A DNA stretch of 64,000 bases from Candidatus Omnitrophota bacterium (GCA_028712175.1 JAQTQQ010000004.1:2180-66179); one strand, 5' to 3'; shown: positions 51,156 to 61,665, counted from the first letter of the stretch. Notes: a model not told the origin generated them from the sequence alone. A program made the numbers and translations.

Positions 51156-52208
51156 CTAAAAGATCTCTTCCTGCTGCTCTTTATTGAATTTCAAACCAAA
51201 ATGTTCAAAGGCCTTTTTGGTGACAATCCTGCCGCGTGAGGTGCGTTTTAAATAACCGGCCTTTAAAAGATACGGTTCTACGGTATCTGCAATAGTATCT
51301 ACTTCTTCATTGAGGCTGGCAGCCAAAGATTCTATGCCCACCGGCCCACCGCCAAAAGATTCAAGAATTAACTTTAGGACTTTACGGTCCAAGTCGTCAA
51401 AACCCGCCTGGTCTATCCCCAGGTCGTTAAGAATCTTGGAAGCCAAAAGAGAATCAACTTTCTCTATTTTTAATACTTGAGCATGATCCCGCACCCTCCG
51501 CAGGAGGCGGTTAGCAACCCGCGGGGTGCCTCTTGAACGCTTGGCAATCTCTAAAGCAGCATCATCATTAATCTGTATCGAAAGCAACTTGCTTGAGTTA
51601 TTTATTATTTTAGCCAACTCTTCGATTTTATAAAAATCCAGGTTATAAAATATCCCGAATCTTGCCCGAAGCGGCGCTGCCAGTAGGCCTGTACGCGTAG
51701 TCGCTCCGATTAAAGTAAAAGGCTTAAGGTTAAACTTAATAGTTTTAGCGTAAGGCCCTTTGTCAATTACAAAATCAATTTGGAAGCTTTCCATTGCAGG
51801 ATACAAAAATTCTTCCACTACCTTAGACATCCTATGTATTTCATCGATAAAAAGAATGTCCCCTTTTTCCAAATTAGTAAGTATCCCGATTAAATCCCCG
51901 GCCCGCTCAATCGCCGGCCCGCTGGTTGCGGTAATCTTTGCCGACATCTCATGCGAAATAATATGAGATAATGAAGTTTTACCTAACCCCGGAGGCCCGC
52001 TTAAAAGAACATGCTCCAGCGGCTCTTTTCTCTGCTTAGTTGCCTGAATAGCTATTTTTAAATTGTCGATAATATCCCTATGCCCGACAAATTCGCTGAA
52101 TTTTTTCGGCCTCAAGGATATATTTAAGACAACATCTTCCTCGGACTCCTTTATGTCGGAAATAACCGGATTAGCCTTCAGCAGGGTGCGCCTGGTCTCT
52201 TCGCTCAT
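51156..52208 (-). CDS. ruvB: Holliday junction branch-migration ATPase RuvB
   Basis: 350 aa AAA+ protein with GPPGLGKT. Confidence 0.95.
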   Translation of the reverse strand: MSEETRRTLLKANPVISDIKESEEDVVLNISLRPKKFSEFVGHRDIIDNLKIAIQATKQRKEPLEHVLLSGPPGLGKTSLSHIISHEMSAKITATSGPAIERAGDLIGILTNLEKGDILFIDEIHRMSKVVEEFLYPAMESFQIDFVIDKGPYAKTIKFNLKPFTLIGATTRTGLLAAPLRARFGIFYNLDFYKIEELAKIINNSSKLLSIQINDDAALEIAKRSRGTPRVANRLLRRVRDHAQVLKIEKVDSLLASKILNDLGIDQAGFDDLDRKVLKLILESFGGGPVGIESLAASLNEEVDTIADTVEPYLLKAGYLKRTSRGRIVTKKAFEHFGLKFNKEQQEEIF

Positions 52209-52941
52209 AGGGTATGATATTATCCTTATTCCTTACTATAATTATATCCTCAAATGCTGCGTCCTGACGGGCAATAATCTCCTTCATTTTCGCCAGCTCT
52301 AAAATCGCAAGAAAAATTACAATTATTTCTGTCTTGCTCTTTGATTTTACAAATAAAGCCGAAAGCTTGATCTCTGACTCAACTAACAACAGATGTAAAA
52401 TATCATGCACCTTCTGCTCAACCGTAAACTGATCCTTAACCACTTCATAAAAAACCTCCCGAGGCACATCTTTTAACGCCCGGGAGAATGCACTAATTAA
52501 ATCAAAAATGCTTGCCTCAAAATAAACCTCCTCTTTATCCTGGCTATCCGGGATTCCTTGAGGGGATTCGGCTTTAGGGCGTTTAAAAACCTCTTGCTGA
52601 CTAGTTTCTCTTTCTTTCAAGCTTTCTGCAATCTGCTTAAATTTCTCATACTCAAGCAGCTTCTTAACCAATTCCGCCCGCGGGTCCTCTTCTTCCTGCG
52701 CAGCCAGCTCTTCTGCCGGCAAAAGCATTTTGGATTTTATTTGCATAAGCGTAGCCGCCATTACTAAAAAATCTCCCACGATGTTTAAATCCAAAAGCTG
52801 CATAAAATTGATATATTCTAAATACTGTTGAGTAACTTTGGCAATCGGAATATCATAAATATTAAGGTGGTCTTTTTTTACCAAATACAATAGCAGGTCT
52901 AAAGGCCCCTCAAACATATCTAAGCGTATTTTATAATTCAT
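52171..52941 (-). CDS. scpA: Segregation and condensation protein A
   Basis: 256 aa kleisin beginning FEGPLDLLLYLVKK. Confidence 0.85.
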   Translation of the reverse strand: MNYKIRLDMFEGPLDLLLYLVKKDHLNIYDIPIAKVTQQYLEYINFMQLLDLNIVGDFLVMAATLMQIKSKMLLPAEELAAQEEEDPRAELVKKLLEYEKFKQIAESLKERETSQQEVFKRPKAESPQGIPDSQDKEEVYFEASIFDLISAFSRALKDVPREVFYEVVKDQFTVEQKVHDILHLLLVESEIKLSALFVKSKSKTEIIVIFLAILELAKMKEIIARQDAAFEDIIIVRNKDNIIPYERRDQAHPAEG

Positions 52942-53926
52942 ACCAGACCTTAAGTATCCCCTTTACCTGAGCAATTGTTTTTTTAGCCAATTCAGAAGCG
53001 CCCGAGTTTCCTTTAAATAATATCTCCTGAATATACTTTTTGTCTTTTAACAGCTCCTGTCTTTTTTCCTGAATAGGAGCCAGCAGACTAACTAACTTAT
53101 CAGCTAATTCTTTTTTGCATTCCGTGCAGCCAATCTTAGATTTAGAACAACGCTCATACACCTCTTTCTCCATATTGGGGAAAAATACCATATAATAGCA
53201 GCAAACATTGCATTTATGCGGATGGCCAGAGTCGGTTATGCGGATACGTTTGGGATCCGTAATCATACTCTGCACTTTTTTCCGGATGACCTGCGGCTCT
53301 TCGGATAAAGCTATATAATTATTATAGCTTTTACTCATCTTTCTTCCGTCTAAGCCCAAAAGGCGGTTTGTTTTAGTAAGCAGGGCCTTTGGCTCAAGCA
53401 AGCAATCCGTCTTATAAAGATTATTAAATTTACGCACAATCTGGCGCGCCAGTTCTAAATGCGGCAATTGATCCTCTCCTACAGGCACAGTATCCGCTTT
53501 ATAAAGCAGGATATCGGCGGCTTGTAAAACCGGATAACCCAAAAAGGCATAAGTGCTTAAATCGCGGTTTAATACTTCGCGCAACTGTTCTTTATAAGTA
53601 GGGCAACGCTCAAGAAGCCCTAGCGGCGTAATCAAAGAAAGAATAAAGTAAAGCTCCAGATGTTCGGGTATTTGCGACTGGATAAAAATATTAGATTTAT
53701 TAGGATCGACCCCGCAGGCAAGCCAATCAATAACATTATCTAAAATGTTTTCTTTGATGTTGCCCGGATTTTCATATTCCGACATAAGCGCATGCCAATC
53801 CGCAACCATAAAAAAACAATCGTATTCATCTTGGAGGCTTGTCCAATTAGATAAAGCACCGACTAAATGGCCCAAATGCAATTTCCCCGTGGGGCGCATT
53901 CCGCTTAATATACGTTTTTTAGTCAT
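52931..53926 (-). CDS. trpS: Tryptophanyl-tRNA synthetase
   Basis: HIGH-like (GKLHLGH) and KMSKS motifs. Confidence 0.92.
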   Translation of the reverse strand: MTKKRILSGMRPTGKLHLGHLVGALSNWTSLQDEYDCFFMVADWHALMSEYENPGNIKENILDNVIDWLACGVDPNKSNIFIQSQIPEHLELYFILSLITPLGLLERCPTYKEQLREVLNRDLSTYAFLGYPVLQAADILLYKADTVPVGEDQLPHLELARQIVRKFNNLYKTDCLLEPKALLTKTNRLLGLDGRKMSKSYNNYIALSEEPQVIRKKVQSMITDPKRIRITDSGHPHKCNVCCYYMVFFPNMEKEVYERCSKSKIGCTECKKELADKLVSLLAPIQEKRQELLKDKKYIQEILFKGNSGASELAKKTIAQVKGILKVWYEL

Positions 53927-53936
53927 ATTTTACCTA

Positions 53937-56123
53937 TTAAAGTTTTCTGGCTATCTTTTCTATATCGTAAGCCTCGACAACATCGCCTTCCATTAGCTGG
54001 TCAAAACCGCCTATAGCTATACCGCATTCAAACCCTTCGCCAACCTCACGCACATCATCTTTAAAGCGTTTTAAGCTTGAAAGCTTGCCTTCAAAGGCTA
54101 CCGCGCCGTTACGCATTACCGTGACCATACAATTACGGTTGATCTTGCCTTTAATTACCATGCAGCCGGCGATTATGCCGGATCGGGAGAGCTTGAACAT
54201 TTTTCTTACTTCTGCTTTTCCTAAAAATACTTTTTTTAATCTGGGGCTGAGCATACCTTCTACAGCCGCCCTTATGTCATTAGCCAGCTCATAAATGATG
54301 CTATATGTTTTCACTTCTACGCCTTCTTTAGAAATTAACTCCTTGGCAGGCTCATCGGCAGAAACATTAAATCCTAAAATCAAAGCGTCCGAAGCCATTG
54401 CCAAAACAACATCAGAAGTATTAATGTTTCCTGCGCCCATATGGATTACACTTACCTTTATCTCGGAAACATTCAATTTATCCAAAGTATCCTTGATTGC
54501 CTCAAGCGAACCCTGCACATCAGCCTTAATAATTAATTTTATCTCTTTAATCTGCCCTTCGGCAATCTGCGTGTGCAAATCTTCAAGGCTGACTCTTTTT
54601 ACCTCTTTTACCTGCCGCTGCTTCTCTTTCTCTATGCGCGCTTCTATTAAGCTTTTAGCCTGTTTTTCATCCTCAATCACAAAGAATTGTTCTCCTACAT
54701 TAGGAATACCGCTTATCCCCAAAACCTCAACAGGGGTAGCAGGACCAACGGCCGTCACCCCCTGCAAACGGTCATTAAGCATTGCGCGGATCTTACCGTA
54801 TAAATTACCCACGATTATATTTTGATTAAGGCGCAATGTACCATTTTGCACAAGAAGGGTAGATACCGGGCCTCTCCCCTTAGCCATCCTTGCTTCTATA
54901 ACTACACCGCTTGCTAGACGGTCGGGATTTGCTTTTAACTCCATAATCTCCGCCTGAAGCAAAATCATTTCAAGTAAGTTGTCTATACCCTGTCCTGTCT
55001 TAGCAGAAACCGGGACGGTAATAGTTTTTCCGCCCCAGTCTTCAGAGGTCAAGCCCGCTTCTTGTAATTGTTTTTTTACCATATCAATGTTTACCTGCGG
55101 CTTATCTATTTTATTTATCGCAACAATAAGTGCAACACCGGCAGCGCGCGCATGGTCAATTGCCTCTTTAGTCTGCGGCATAATCCCATCATCAGCAGCT
55201 ACAACTAAAACCACGATATCTGTTATACGTGCACCTCTTGCGCGCATCGCCGTAAACGCCTCATGGCCCGGAGTATCTAAAAAGGTGATCTCTCCCTGGG
55301 GGAGGCTGACACGATAAGCGCCGATATGCTGAGTGATCCCGCCATGTTCGGCTTCGGTAACTTTCGTTTTACGTATAGCATCAAGCAAGGAAGTTTTACC
55401 ATGGTCAACATGCCCCATAAAAGTAACTATGGGCGAGCGTTTTTTAAGTCTCGCCGGCGAGTCTATTTTCTTATGCTCCTCTAAAGCTATCTCTTCTGCA
55501 TCAGGGGCTTTTCTAATCCTAAAATTATATTTTAAACACAGTTTATTTAAAGTAGGCTCATCCAAAGTTTGATTGATACCGATCATCACCCCCATACCCA
55601 TAAGATGCTTAATAAGAACCGATGACTTCTCTTGTAATTTTATTGCCAAGTCTTTTACCGTAATAGGAAGCTCGAGCTCAATTTCCTTATGCACAGACAC
55701 AACAGCGGCAACCTCAGGTTTTTTCTCAAACAACGGCTCAGGCGACTTCAGGATATCCCTGCTTTTGTCCGTCTCATGCGGCTTAGCTATAGATACATGC
55801 GCCTGTTTAGAAGAAACCTCCGGCCTATGAACAGGCTTAATTACAGGCGCAGGTTTAACTACAGGCTTTAGTTCATGCTTGACTTCTATTTTAACTTCGA
55901 CCTTCGGTTCACGTTTTATTATTACAGGTTTTACCTCTCTCTTTATTTTCTTTACCGCATCAGCCTTTGGCTTAAGCGGAGGTTTAGATTTTATAACTCG
56001 TGCCCTAACAGCAACCTTTTTGGGTTTTTGTTCGGACTGAGCAGCCGGCGCGCGTTTGGCCGAAGCTGCTTTGGGTTTAGTTATTTTCTTTACGGCTATT
56101 TTCTCTTTTTTTACCTTAGGCAT
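53937..56123 (-). CDS. infB: Translation initiation factor IF-2
   Basis: 728 aa with a K/P-rich N-terminus and a GTPase domain (GHVDHGKT). Confidence 0.95.
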   Translation of the reverse strand: MPKVKKEKIAVKKITKPKAASAKRAPAAQSEQKPKKVAVRARVIKSKPPLKPKADAVKKIKREVKPVIIKREPKVEVKIEVKHELKPVVKPAPVIKPVHRPEVSSKQAHVSIAKPHETDKSRDILKSPEPLFEKKPEVAAVVSVHKEIELELPITVKDLAIKLQEKSSVLIKHLMGMGVMIGINQTLDEPTLNKLCLKYNFRIRKAPDAEEIALEEHKKIDSPARLKKRSPIVTFMGHVDHGKTSLLDAIRKTKVTEAEHGGITQHIGAYRVSLPQGEITFLDTPGHEAFTAMRARGARITDIVVLVVAADDGIMPQTKEAIDHARAAGVALIVAINKIDKPQVNIDMVKKQLQEAGLTSEDWGGKTITVPVSAKTGQGIDNLLEMILLQAEIMELKANPDRLASGVVIEARMAKGRGPVSTLLVQNGTLRLNQNIIVGNLYGKIRAMLNDRLQGVTAVGPATPVEVLGISGIPNVGEQFFVIEDEKQAKSLIEARIEKEKQRQVKEVKRVSLEDLHTQIAEGQIKEIKLIIKADVQGSLEAIKDTLDKLNVSEIKVSVIHMGAGNINTSDVVLAMASDALILGFNVSADEPAKELISKEGVEVKTYSIIYELANDIRAAVEGMLSPRLKKVFLGKAEVRKMFKLSRSGIIAGCMVIKGKINRNCMVTVMRNGAVAFEGKLSSLKRFKDDVREVGEGFECGIAIGGFDQLMEGDVVEAYDIEKIARKL

Positions 56124-56150
56124 AAATTCTCCGTCTTATATTAGAAAAGA

Positions 56151-57413
56151 TTATAATAGTTTCTTTGCTTCGGCAATGATATTGGCTGCCTTCTTTTCTC
56201 CAATACCCTTAATCTTTATAAGCCCTTCGACTTTGGCTTTAATTATATCATCAATGCACTTAATCCCCTCTGCATTTAAACTTTCAATAATCTTTGCGCC
56301 GACCCCTGAAAGAAGTTCTAAAGAAAGCTCTTCCTTTTTCGCTGCTTTTTTGCTTTCTTTTTTAACAGCCTTTTTTGTTTTCTTTGCCTTAGGTTTTTCT
56401 TCGGCCTCGCCTTCTTTTCCTTCGCCAAGAGGGGATTTTTCTTCTGCCTTTCCGCCTAAAGCCTCAGCGGCAATCATACTCTTAGTCCGAATATCCAATT
56501 CCCAGCCAACAAGCCTAGAAGCCAAGCGTACATTCTGGCCGTGCTTCCCTATACTTAAAGAAAGCTGATCATCATCAACAACCACCTCAGCCTTATTTTT
56601 CTCCCTGTCTAGTTTTATCTCTGAAATCTTAGCCGGGGAAAGAGCGGCTTTTATATATTCACGCAAATCATCATTGAAACGCACAATATCGATTTTCTCC
56701 CCCTGCAATTCATTGACAATATTTCTCACACGATTTCCCCGCATACCAACGCAGGCGCCCACAGCGTCTACTTTTTCATTCTTTGAATAAACTGAAATCT
56801 TGGTGCGCTCGCCGGCTTGACGAGTTATGCCTTTAATCTCGACTATCCCTTCATAAATCTCAGGGACCTCTAGTTCAAATAGCTCTTTAACCAGATTAGG
56901 ATGCGCGCGCGATAAAATAATCTGCGGCCCCTTAGTATCCTTCTTTACCTCCACGACATATGCACGGATACGCTGCCCCTGCTTAAATTCTTCCTTCGGG
57001 GACTGTTCACGCTTAAGTAAAATTCCTTCTGCTTTACCCAGCAAGTCAACGATGACATTCCCTTTTTCGAAACGGTAAACCGTACCGCTGACAATTTCTC
57101 CCACGCGGCTTTGGAACTCTCCAAAGACCACATCCTTTTCCGCCTCGCGCATCTTCTGGATAATCACCTGTCTGGCGGTAGATGCGGCAATACGGCCAAA
57201 ATCTATGTTGGTAAACGGCTCATTGTTACGAAAAGCCCGAATTTCTCCGGTTACACGGTCAATCTTAACGCTAAATTCCTCATCAGGCTTTAAATCTATC
57301 ACTCTTTTGGCAGCGCTAAGCATGGCGCTTTCTACCGCCTCAAGCATAATTTCTTTTTTAATTCCTTTTTCACGTTCAATCTGCTCAATAATCGCTAATA
57401 ATTCCTGACTCAT
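56151..57413 (-). CDS. nusA: Transcription termination/antitermination factor NusA (with a K/E-rich linker before the C-terminal HhH)
   Basis: 420 aa with NusA N-terminal, S1 and KH domains and a C-terminal HhH. Confidence 0.92.
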   Translation of the reverse strand: MSQELLAIIEQIEREKGIKKEIMLEAVESAMLSAAKRVIDLKPDEEFSVKIDRVTGEIRAFRNNEPFTNIDFGRIAASTARQVIIQKMREAEKDVVFGEFQSRVGEIVSGTVYRFEKGNVIVDLLGKAEGILLKREQSPKEEFKQGQRIRAYVVEVKKDTKGPQIILSRAHPNLVKELFELEVPEIYEGIVEIKGITRQAGERTKISVYSKNEKVDAVGACVGMRGNRVRNIVNELQGEKIDIVRFNDDLREYIKAALSPAKISEIKLDREKNKAEVVVDDDQLSLSIGKHGQNVRLASRLVGWELDIRTKSMIAAEALGGKAEEKSPLGEGKEGEAEEKPKAKKTKKAVKKESKKAAKKEELSLELLSGVGAKIIESLNAEGIKCIDDIIKAKVEGLIKIKGIGEKKAANIIAEAKKLL

Positions 57414-57428
57414 TTTTTTATTCTCCGG

Positions 57429-57893
57429 TTATTTGTTTATTACTAATTGTGCTTTGTTTATCTTTGTTAACGGGATTTCTATAATTTTCTCGGCGCTTTG
57501 AATAAATACGCATGCCTCATCGGCTTTAGCGACTACCCCCTGCCATTGGCATTTACCGTCTATAAAATCATTAAGAAAAAATACTACTTCCCTGTTTAAA
57601 CACCTTAAAAAATCTTTTTTCCTCTTAAGAGAGCGATCTAACCCCGGAGACGAAACTTCAAGGATATATTCGCAAGGAATTATATTTTTTTCATCTAACA
57701 ATTCCCCAAGCCGGCGGTTAAGCATGGCGCATTCATCCAATGTTATGCCATCCTGCGGATAATCTGCCAAAATTCTTATAATTAATTTTCTTCCTTCCTG
57801 CCGGCAAATTAAATCAATAAGCTCAACATTGGCAGAAGCAAAACATGGAAGAATAAGATACTCCAATTCCTTGATCAAGCTTTCTTTAATCAA
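57429..57893 (-). CDS. rimP: Ribosome maturation factor RimP
   Basis: 154 aa in the conserved position upstream of nusA. Confidence 0.85.
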   Translation of the reverse strand: MIKESLIKELEYLILPCFASANVELIDLICRQEGRKLIIRILADYPQDGITLDECAMLNRRLGELLDEKNIIPCEYILEVSSPGLDRSLKRKKDFLRCLNREVVFFLNDFIDGKCQWQGVVAKADEACVFIQSAEKIIEIPLTKINKAQLVINK

Positions 57894-57906
57894 AAAATCA
57901 CCTTCT

Positions 57907-59136
57907 TTAAAAATCTTGGCTTCTATAACCGGATACCTTGTTCAGTTTATTATAAAAATTCGGCTTTACCTTTGCGGGTTTAAGGGCCCCGGACTCTTCA
58001 TCAAAAACGAAAATATCCTGCATAGAATATTCTTTTGATTTTAAGACCTCGCTAATCTGAGTGACCCGGCGCCTGCCATCCGGAAACCGGGTTAAATAAA
58101 CAACCAGGTCTACTGCCCCGATAATCTGCCTTCTTGCAACTTCACCGGACATATTACTGCTTCCCATCAAGGCCAGTATTTCAAGACGATCCAGGGCTTC
58201 CGAAGGAGAGCTGGCATGAAGAGTAGTCATTGATCCTTCATGGCCCGTGCTCATCGCCTGAATCATGTCTAAAACTTCCCCTCCTCTTACCTCGCCGGCA
58301 ATAATCCTGTCTGGACGCATATGCAAGGCATTTTTAAACAAATCTCTTATACTTATTTCACCCTTGCCCTCAATATTAAAAGGCCGCGTTTCCATTGGCA
58401 CAGTATGTTTTCTTGAAATGATTAACTCACGGGTATCCTCAATGGTAATCAATCTTTCATTCTCGGGAATAAAATCAATTAAGGCATTCAAAAATGTTGT
58501 TTTACCAGTGCCCGCGCCTCCGGAAATCAATATATTCATCCGGGAAATTACACATGCCTTCAAGAATTCGGCGGCGGAAGAATTAAGGCTGCCCAACTTA
58601 ATAAGGTCGTCCATACGCAAAACATTATAGGAAAATTTCCTGATAGTCAATAACGGGCCTATCCTCGAAACCGGACTCCTGACTATATTAACACGCGAAC
58701 CGTCATTAAGCCGGGCGTCTACAAAAGGCTCAAATTCCGAGATCCTTCTGCCTACGGGCGAAATTATCTTTTCGATAAGATAGGAGACCTGGGCTTCATC
58801 ATTAAAAGTAATATCAGTGAGTTCTAGATTACCTTTGCGCTCAACATAAACCTGATGCGGGCCATTAATCATAATCTCGGTAACCCCATCGTCTTTAAGC
58901 AATTTCTCAATCGGACCAAAACCAAGAAAATAAGTTATTACTTCGCTTAGCAGTTCTTCCTGCTCATGGCGGTTAAGACTAATTTTATTCTCCCTAATAA
59001 CCGACCTAAAGGCAGCCTCTATTGTACGTTGAAATAGCGAGCGGTCCTCTTTGCCATAATTGGCTCTAAGCTCATCCTCGCGGAATCTCAATTTATCCAA
59101 TATGTCTTCTTTTACAGCCTGCAGGTGTTCGTTCAT
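57907..59136 (-). CDS. CpaF/TadA-family (VirB11-like) secretion ATPase, paralog 1
   Basis: 409 aa with Walker A GGAGTGKTT and Asp/His boxes typical of type II/IV secretion ATPases. Confidence 0.8.
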   Translation of the reverse strand: MNEHLQAVKEDILDKLRFREDELRANYGKEDRSLFQRTIEAAFRSVIRENKISLNRHEQEELLSEVITYFLGFGPIEKLLKDDGVTEIMINGPHQVYVERKGNLELTDITFNDEAQVSYLIEKIISPVGRRISEFEPFVDARLNDGSRVNIVRSPVSRIGPLLTIRKFSYNVLRMDDLIKLGSLNSSAAEFLKACVISRMNILISGGAGTGKTTFLNALIDFIPENERLITIEDTRELIISRKHTVPMETRPFNIEGKGEISIRDLFKNALHMRPDRIIAGEVRGGEVLDMIQAMSTGHEGSMTTLHASSPSEALDRLEILALMGSSNMSGEVARRQIIGAVDLVVYLTRFPDGRRRVTQISEVLKSKEYSMQDIFVFDEESGALKPAKVKPNFYNKLNKVSGYRSQDF

Positions 59137-59152
59137 AGCCCTTCTTTCTGCC

Positions 59153-60400
59153 TTATACCTTAAAAGCTAATTGCGTAATTGATTTCAATACCTCATCCTT
59201 TGATAAGAGAAGGGTTTCTCTGGACTTACGAACCCTTAATTCTATCTTTTTTTCTTCAATACTTTTTTTACCAATTATAATACTAAGCGGTATACCGGTC
59301 AAATCGGCATCTTTGAATTTTACCCCGGCACGCTCATCCCTGTCATCCAGCAGCACTGAAAACCCCGCGGAACTAATCTGTTTATAAAAATCCTGCGCCT
59401 CTTGCATAACCGCATGGTTAGTTACATCTAAGGGCAGGATTATAATCTGGAAAGGGGCGATTTCCCTAGGCCAGATCATTCCGTCAGCATCGTTATTCTG
59501 CTCAATTACCGCAGAGATCAAACGCGAAACACCAATACCATAACAACCCATAACTACCGGCCTAAGCGCGCCGGTAACATCGGCAAAATTTGCCTGCATT
59601 GCCTGGCTGTATTTTAAACCCAGTTTAAATATATGGCCTACTTCAATAGTATTGACTTTATCCATCTTAGCCTGACATTTAGGGCAGGAATTTTCTTCCT
59701 TAAAAGCCAGGGCCAAATTGCATTTTGGGCAACACAACACCACATCTTCACCAAGCAGAGCAGAAACCATAAACTCATGAGAGAGTTTACCGCCCATCAC
59801 ACCGGAATCGGCTTCGGTAATCAAAGTTTCCAAACCGCATCTGGAAAATATCCTCTTATACGCTTCATACATTAATTGATAATTTTTATCCAAACCCGCT
59901 TCATCCTGATCAAAGCTGTATGCGTCCTTCATAATAAATTCACAAGCGCGGATCAGGCCAAAACGCGGACGGATCTCATCGCGAAACTTTGTCTGTATCT
60001 GGTATAGAATTAAAGGCAGCTGCCTGTAGCTTGATATATTATTTTTCACTAAATCCGTAATTATCTCTTCATGCGTAGGCCCAAGGGCAATCTCCCTTCC
60101 GCGGCGGTCTTTAAGCCTTAGCATTACTTCACCCAGGTCTTTGTCGCGCCCTGTTTTCTGCCAAAGTTCGAGCGGATGCAAAGCCGGTAAGAGTAATTCG
60201 CTTGCACCGCAGGCATTCATCTCCTGGCGGATGATCACCTGAATTCTTTCTAAAACCCTGAGACCTAAAGGAAGATAAGTATAAGCCCCTGCCATAAGCA
60301 TGCGGATAAATCCCGCACGCAGCAACAATTGATGGCTTTTCGACTCTGCCTCTTTAGGTATCTCTTTCAGTGTTGGAATAAACGCTTTTGACCAAAACAT
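59153..60400 (-). CDS. proS: Prolyl-tRNA synthetase, bacterial-type core without the INS editing domain and with a Cys4 mini-insertion
   Basis: 415 aa with class II motifs and a C-terminal anticodon-binding domain. Where INS would be there is CCPKC...CPKC. Confidence 0.85.
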   Translation of the reverse strand: MFWSKAFIPTLKEIPKEAESKSHQLLLRAGFIRMLMAGAYTYLPLGLRVLERIQVIIRQEMNACGASELLLPALHPLELWQKTGRDKDLGEVMLRLKDRRGREIALGPTHEEIITDLVKNNISSYRQLPLILYQIQTKFRDEIRPRFGLIRACEFIMKDAYSFDQDEAGLDKNYQLMYEAYKRIFSRCGLETLITEADSGVMGGKLSHEFMVSALLGEDVVLCCPKCNLALAFKEENSCPKCQAKMDKVNTIEVGHIFKLGLKYSQAMQANFADVTGALRPVVMGCYGIGVSRLISAVIEQNNDADGMIWPREIAPFQIIILPLDVTNHAVMQEAQDFYKQISSAGFSVLLDDRDERAGVKFKDADLTGIPLSIIIGKKSIEEKKIELRVRKSRETLLLSKDEVLKSITQLAFKV

Positions 60401-60401
60401 A

Positions 60402-61664
60402 TTAATCCTTTTTAAAAATTTCTTTAGATAAACTCACTCCTCTTTTTGCAAATAACGGATAGAATGCCGGCTCCACACCGGTAGTCTTAAAAACACCATA
60501 AACCTTGCCGTCTTCAACAACATTACTAATCTCGTAGTAGAAAATATCCTCCAGATTCACCCATCCGTTTTTTAACCCGTTGACCTGGGTAATGCGGGTA
60601 ATCTTACGCGATCCGTCAGCAAGCTGGTCCTGCTGGATAATTAAATGAAGGCTTGCCGCAATCTGGCGGTGTATTGCCTCTAAGGTTATCGGTATACCGG
60701 ACATAAGGATCATTGTCTCCAGGCGATGCAAAACCTCCGAAGGAGTATTTGCATGAATAACTGAAAGTGCCCCGTTGTGGCCCGAACACATTGCCTGAAG
60801 CATATCCAAGGCTTCTGCCCCTCTGATCTCCCCCAAAATAATCCTTTGAGGCCGCATACGCAGGGTATTGCGAAAAATATCCCTGATAGTAATTTCGCCT
60901 TTCCCTTCAATATTAGCCGGTTTTGTTTCAAGCCTGACGACATGGTCCTGGGCCAGGTGCAATTCAGCCGTATCTTCAATAGTAATCGTACGTTCGTCAT
61001 TACCGATATACCCGGAAAGTACCCCTACGGTAGTAGTTTTGCCGCTTCCGGTAGCGCCCGCAAAAACCATATTTACTTTGCCCTTAATGCATGCTATCAG
61101 AAAATCCGCCATCCTTCTGTCAAAAGTGCCTAATTCAATAAGGTCCTCGGCCTTTACGATTTTCTTAAGGAATTTACGTATGGTTATTGTCGGCCCGTCT
61201 AAAGCAAGCGGCGGGATAATGATGTTTACACGCGAACCATCCTGAAGGCAGACATCCGTATAGGGAGATAGCTCGTCAACCCTTCTCCTTGTAGGAGCCA
61301 AAATCTTCTGTACGATATACATCAGCTGCTGGTCGCTATCGAACTTAATATTTGTCAGTATTTTCTTTCCGTGCTTCTCTACATATACGTTCTGCGTACC
61401 ATTAATCATGATTTCCGTGATATCAGGGTCCATCATCAGCTTTTCAATGGGGCCGAACCCTGAAAATTCATCAACTAACTCGTTAATGATGTTATCTCTC
61501 TCTTCCTGCTTGAGCGGGCCGCGCGGCTGGCTTAAGATCCCCTCGAGGATATTCCTAACTACTGAAGCCACCTCAACTTTATCCCCGGAACTCTTTTGTA
61601 AAATATAGCTGTATTTTGCAATAAAATCTTCGCGTACCCTGCTTTTTAATGTCTGATGGCCCAT
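60402..61664 (-). CDS. CpaF/TadA-family (VirB11-like) secretion ATPase, paralog 2
   Basis: 420 aa with Walker A GATGSGKTT. It is clearly homologous to paralog 1 but divergent. Confidence 0.8.
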   Translation of the reverse strand: MGHQTLKSRVREDFIAKYSYILQKSSGDKVEVASVVRNILEGILSQPRGPLKQEERDNIINELVDEFSGFGPIEKLMMDPDITEIMINGTQNVYVEKHGKKILTNIKFDSDQQLMYIVQKILAPTRRRVDELSPYTDVCLQDGSRVNIIIPPLALDGPTITIRKFLKKIVKAEDLIELGTFDRRMADFLIACIKGKVNMVFAGATGSGKTTTVGVLSGYIGNDERTITIEDTAELHLAQDHVVRLETKPANIEGKGEITIRDIFRNTLRMRPQRIILGEIRGAEALDMLQAMCSGHNGALSVIHANTPSEVLHRLETMILMSGIPITLEAIHRQIAASLHLIIQQDQLADGSRKITRITQVNGLKNGWVNLEDIFYYEISNVVEDGKVYGVFKTTGVEPAFYPLFAKRGVSLSKEIFKKD

Positions 61665-61665
61665 A

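Noticed and set aside
54295-56568. Long plus-strand ORFs (54295-54825, 55875-56144, 56056-56568) antisense to infB/nusA
   Set aside because: They lie opposite K/E-rich, AAA/GAA-heavy coding sequence, which gives F/S/L-rich low-complexity translations. They have no SD, and the sense-strand genes are unambiguous. These are antisense artefacts.
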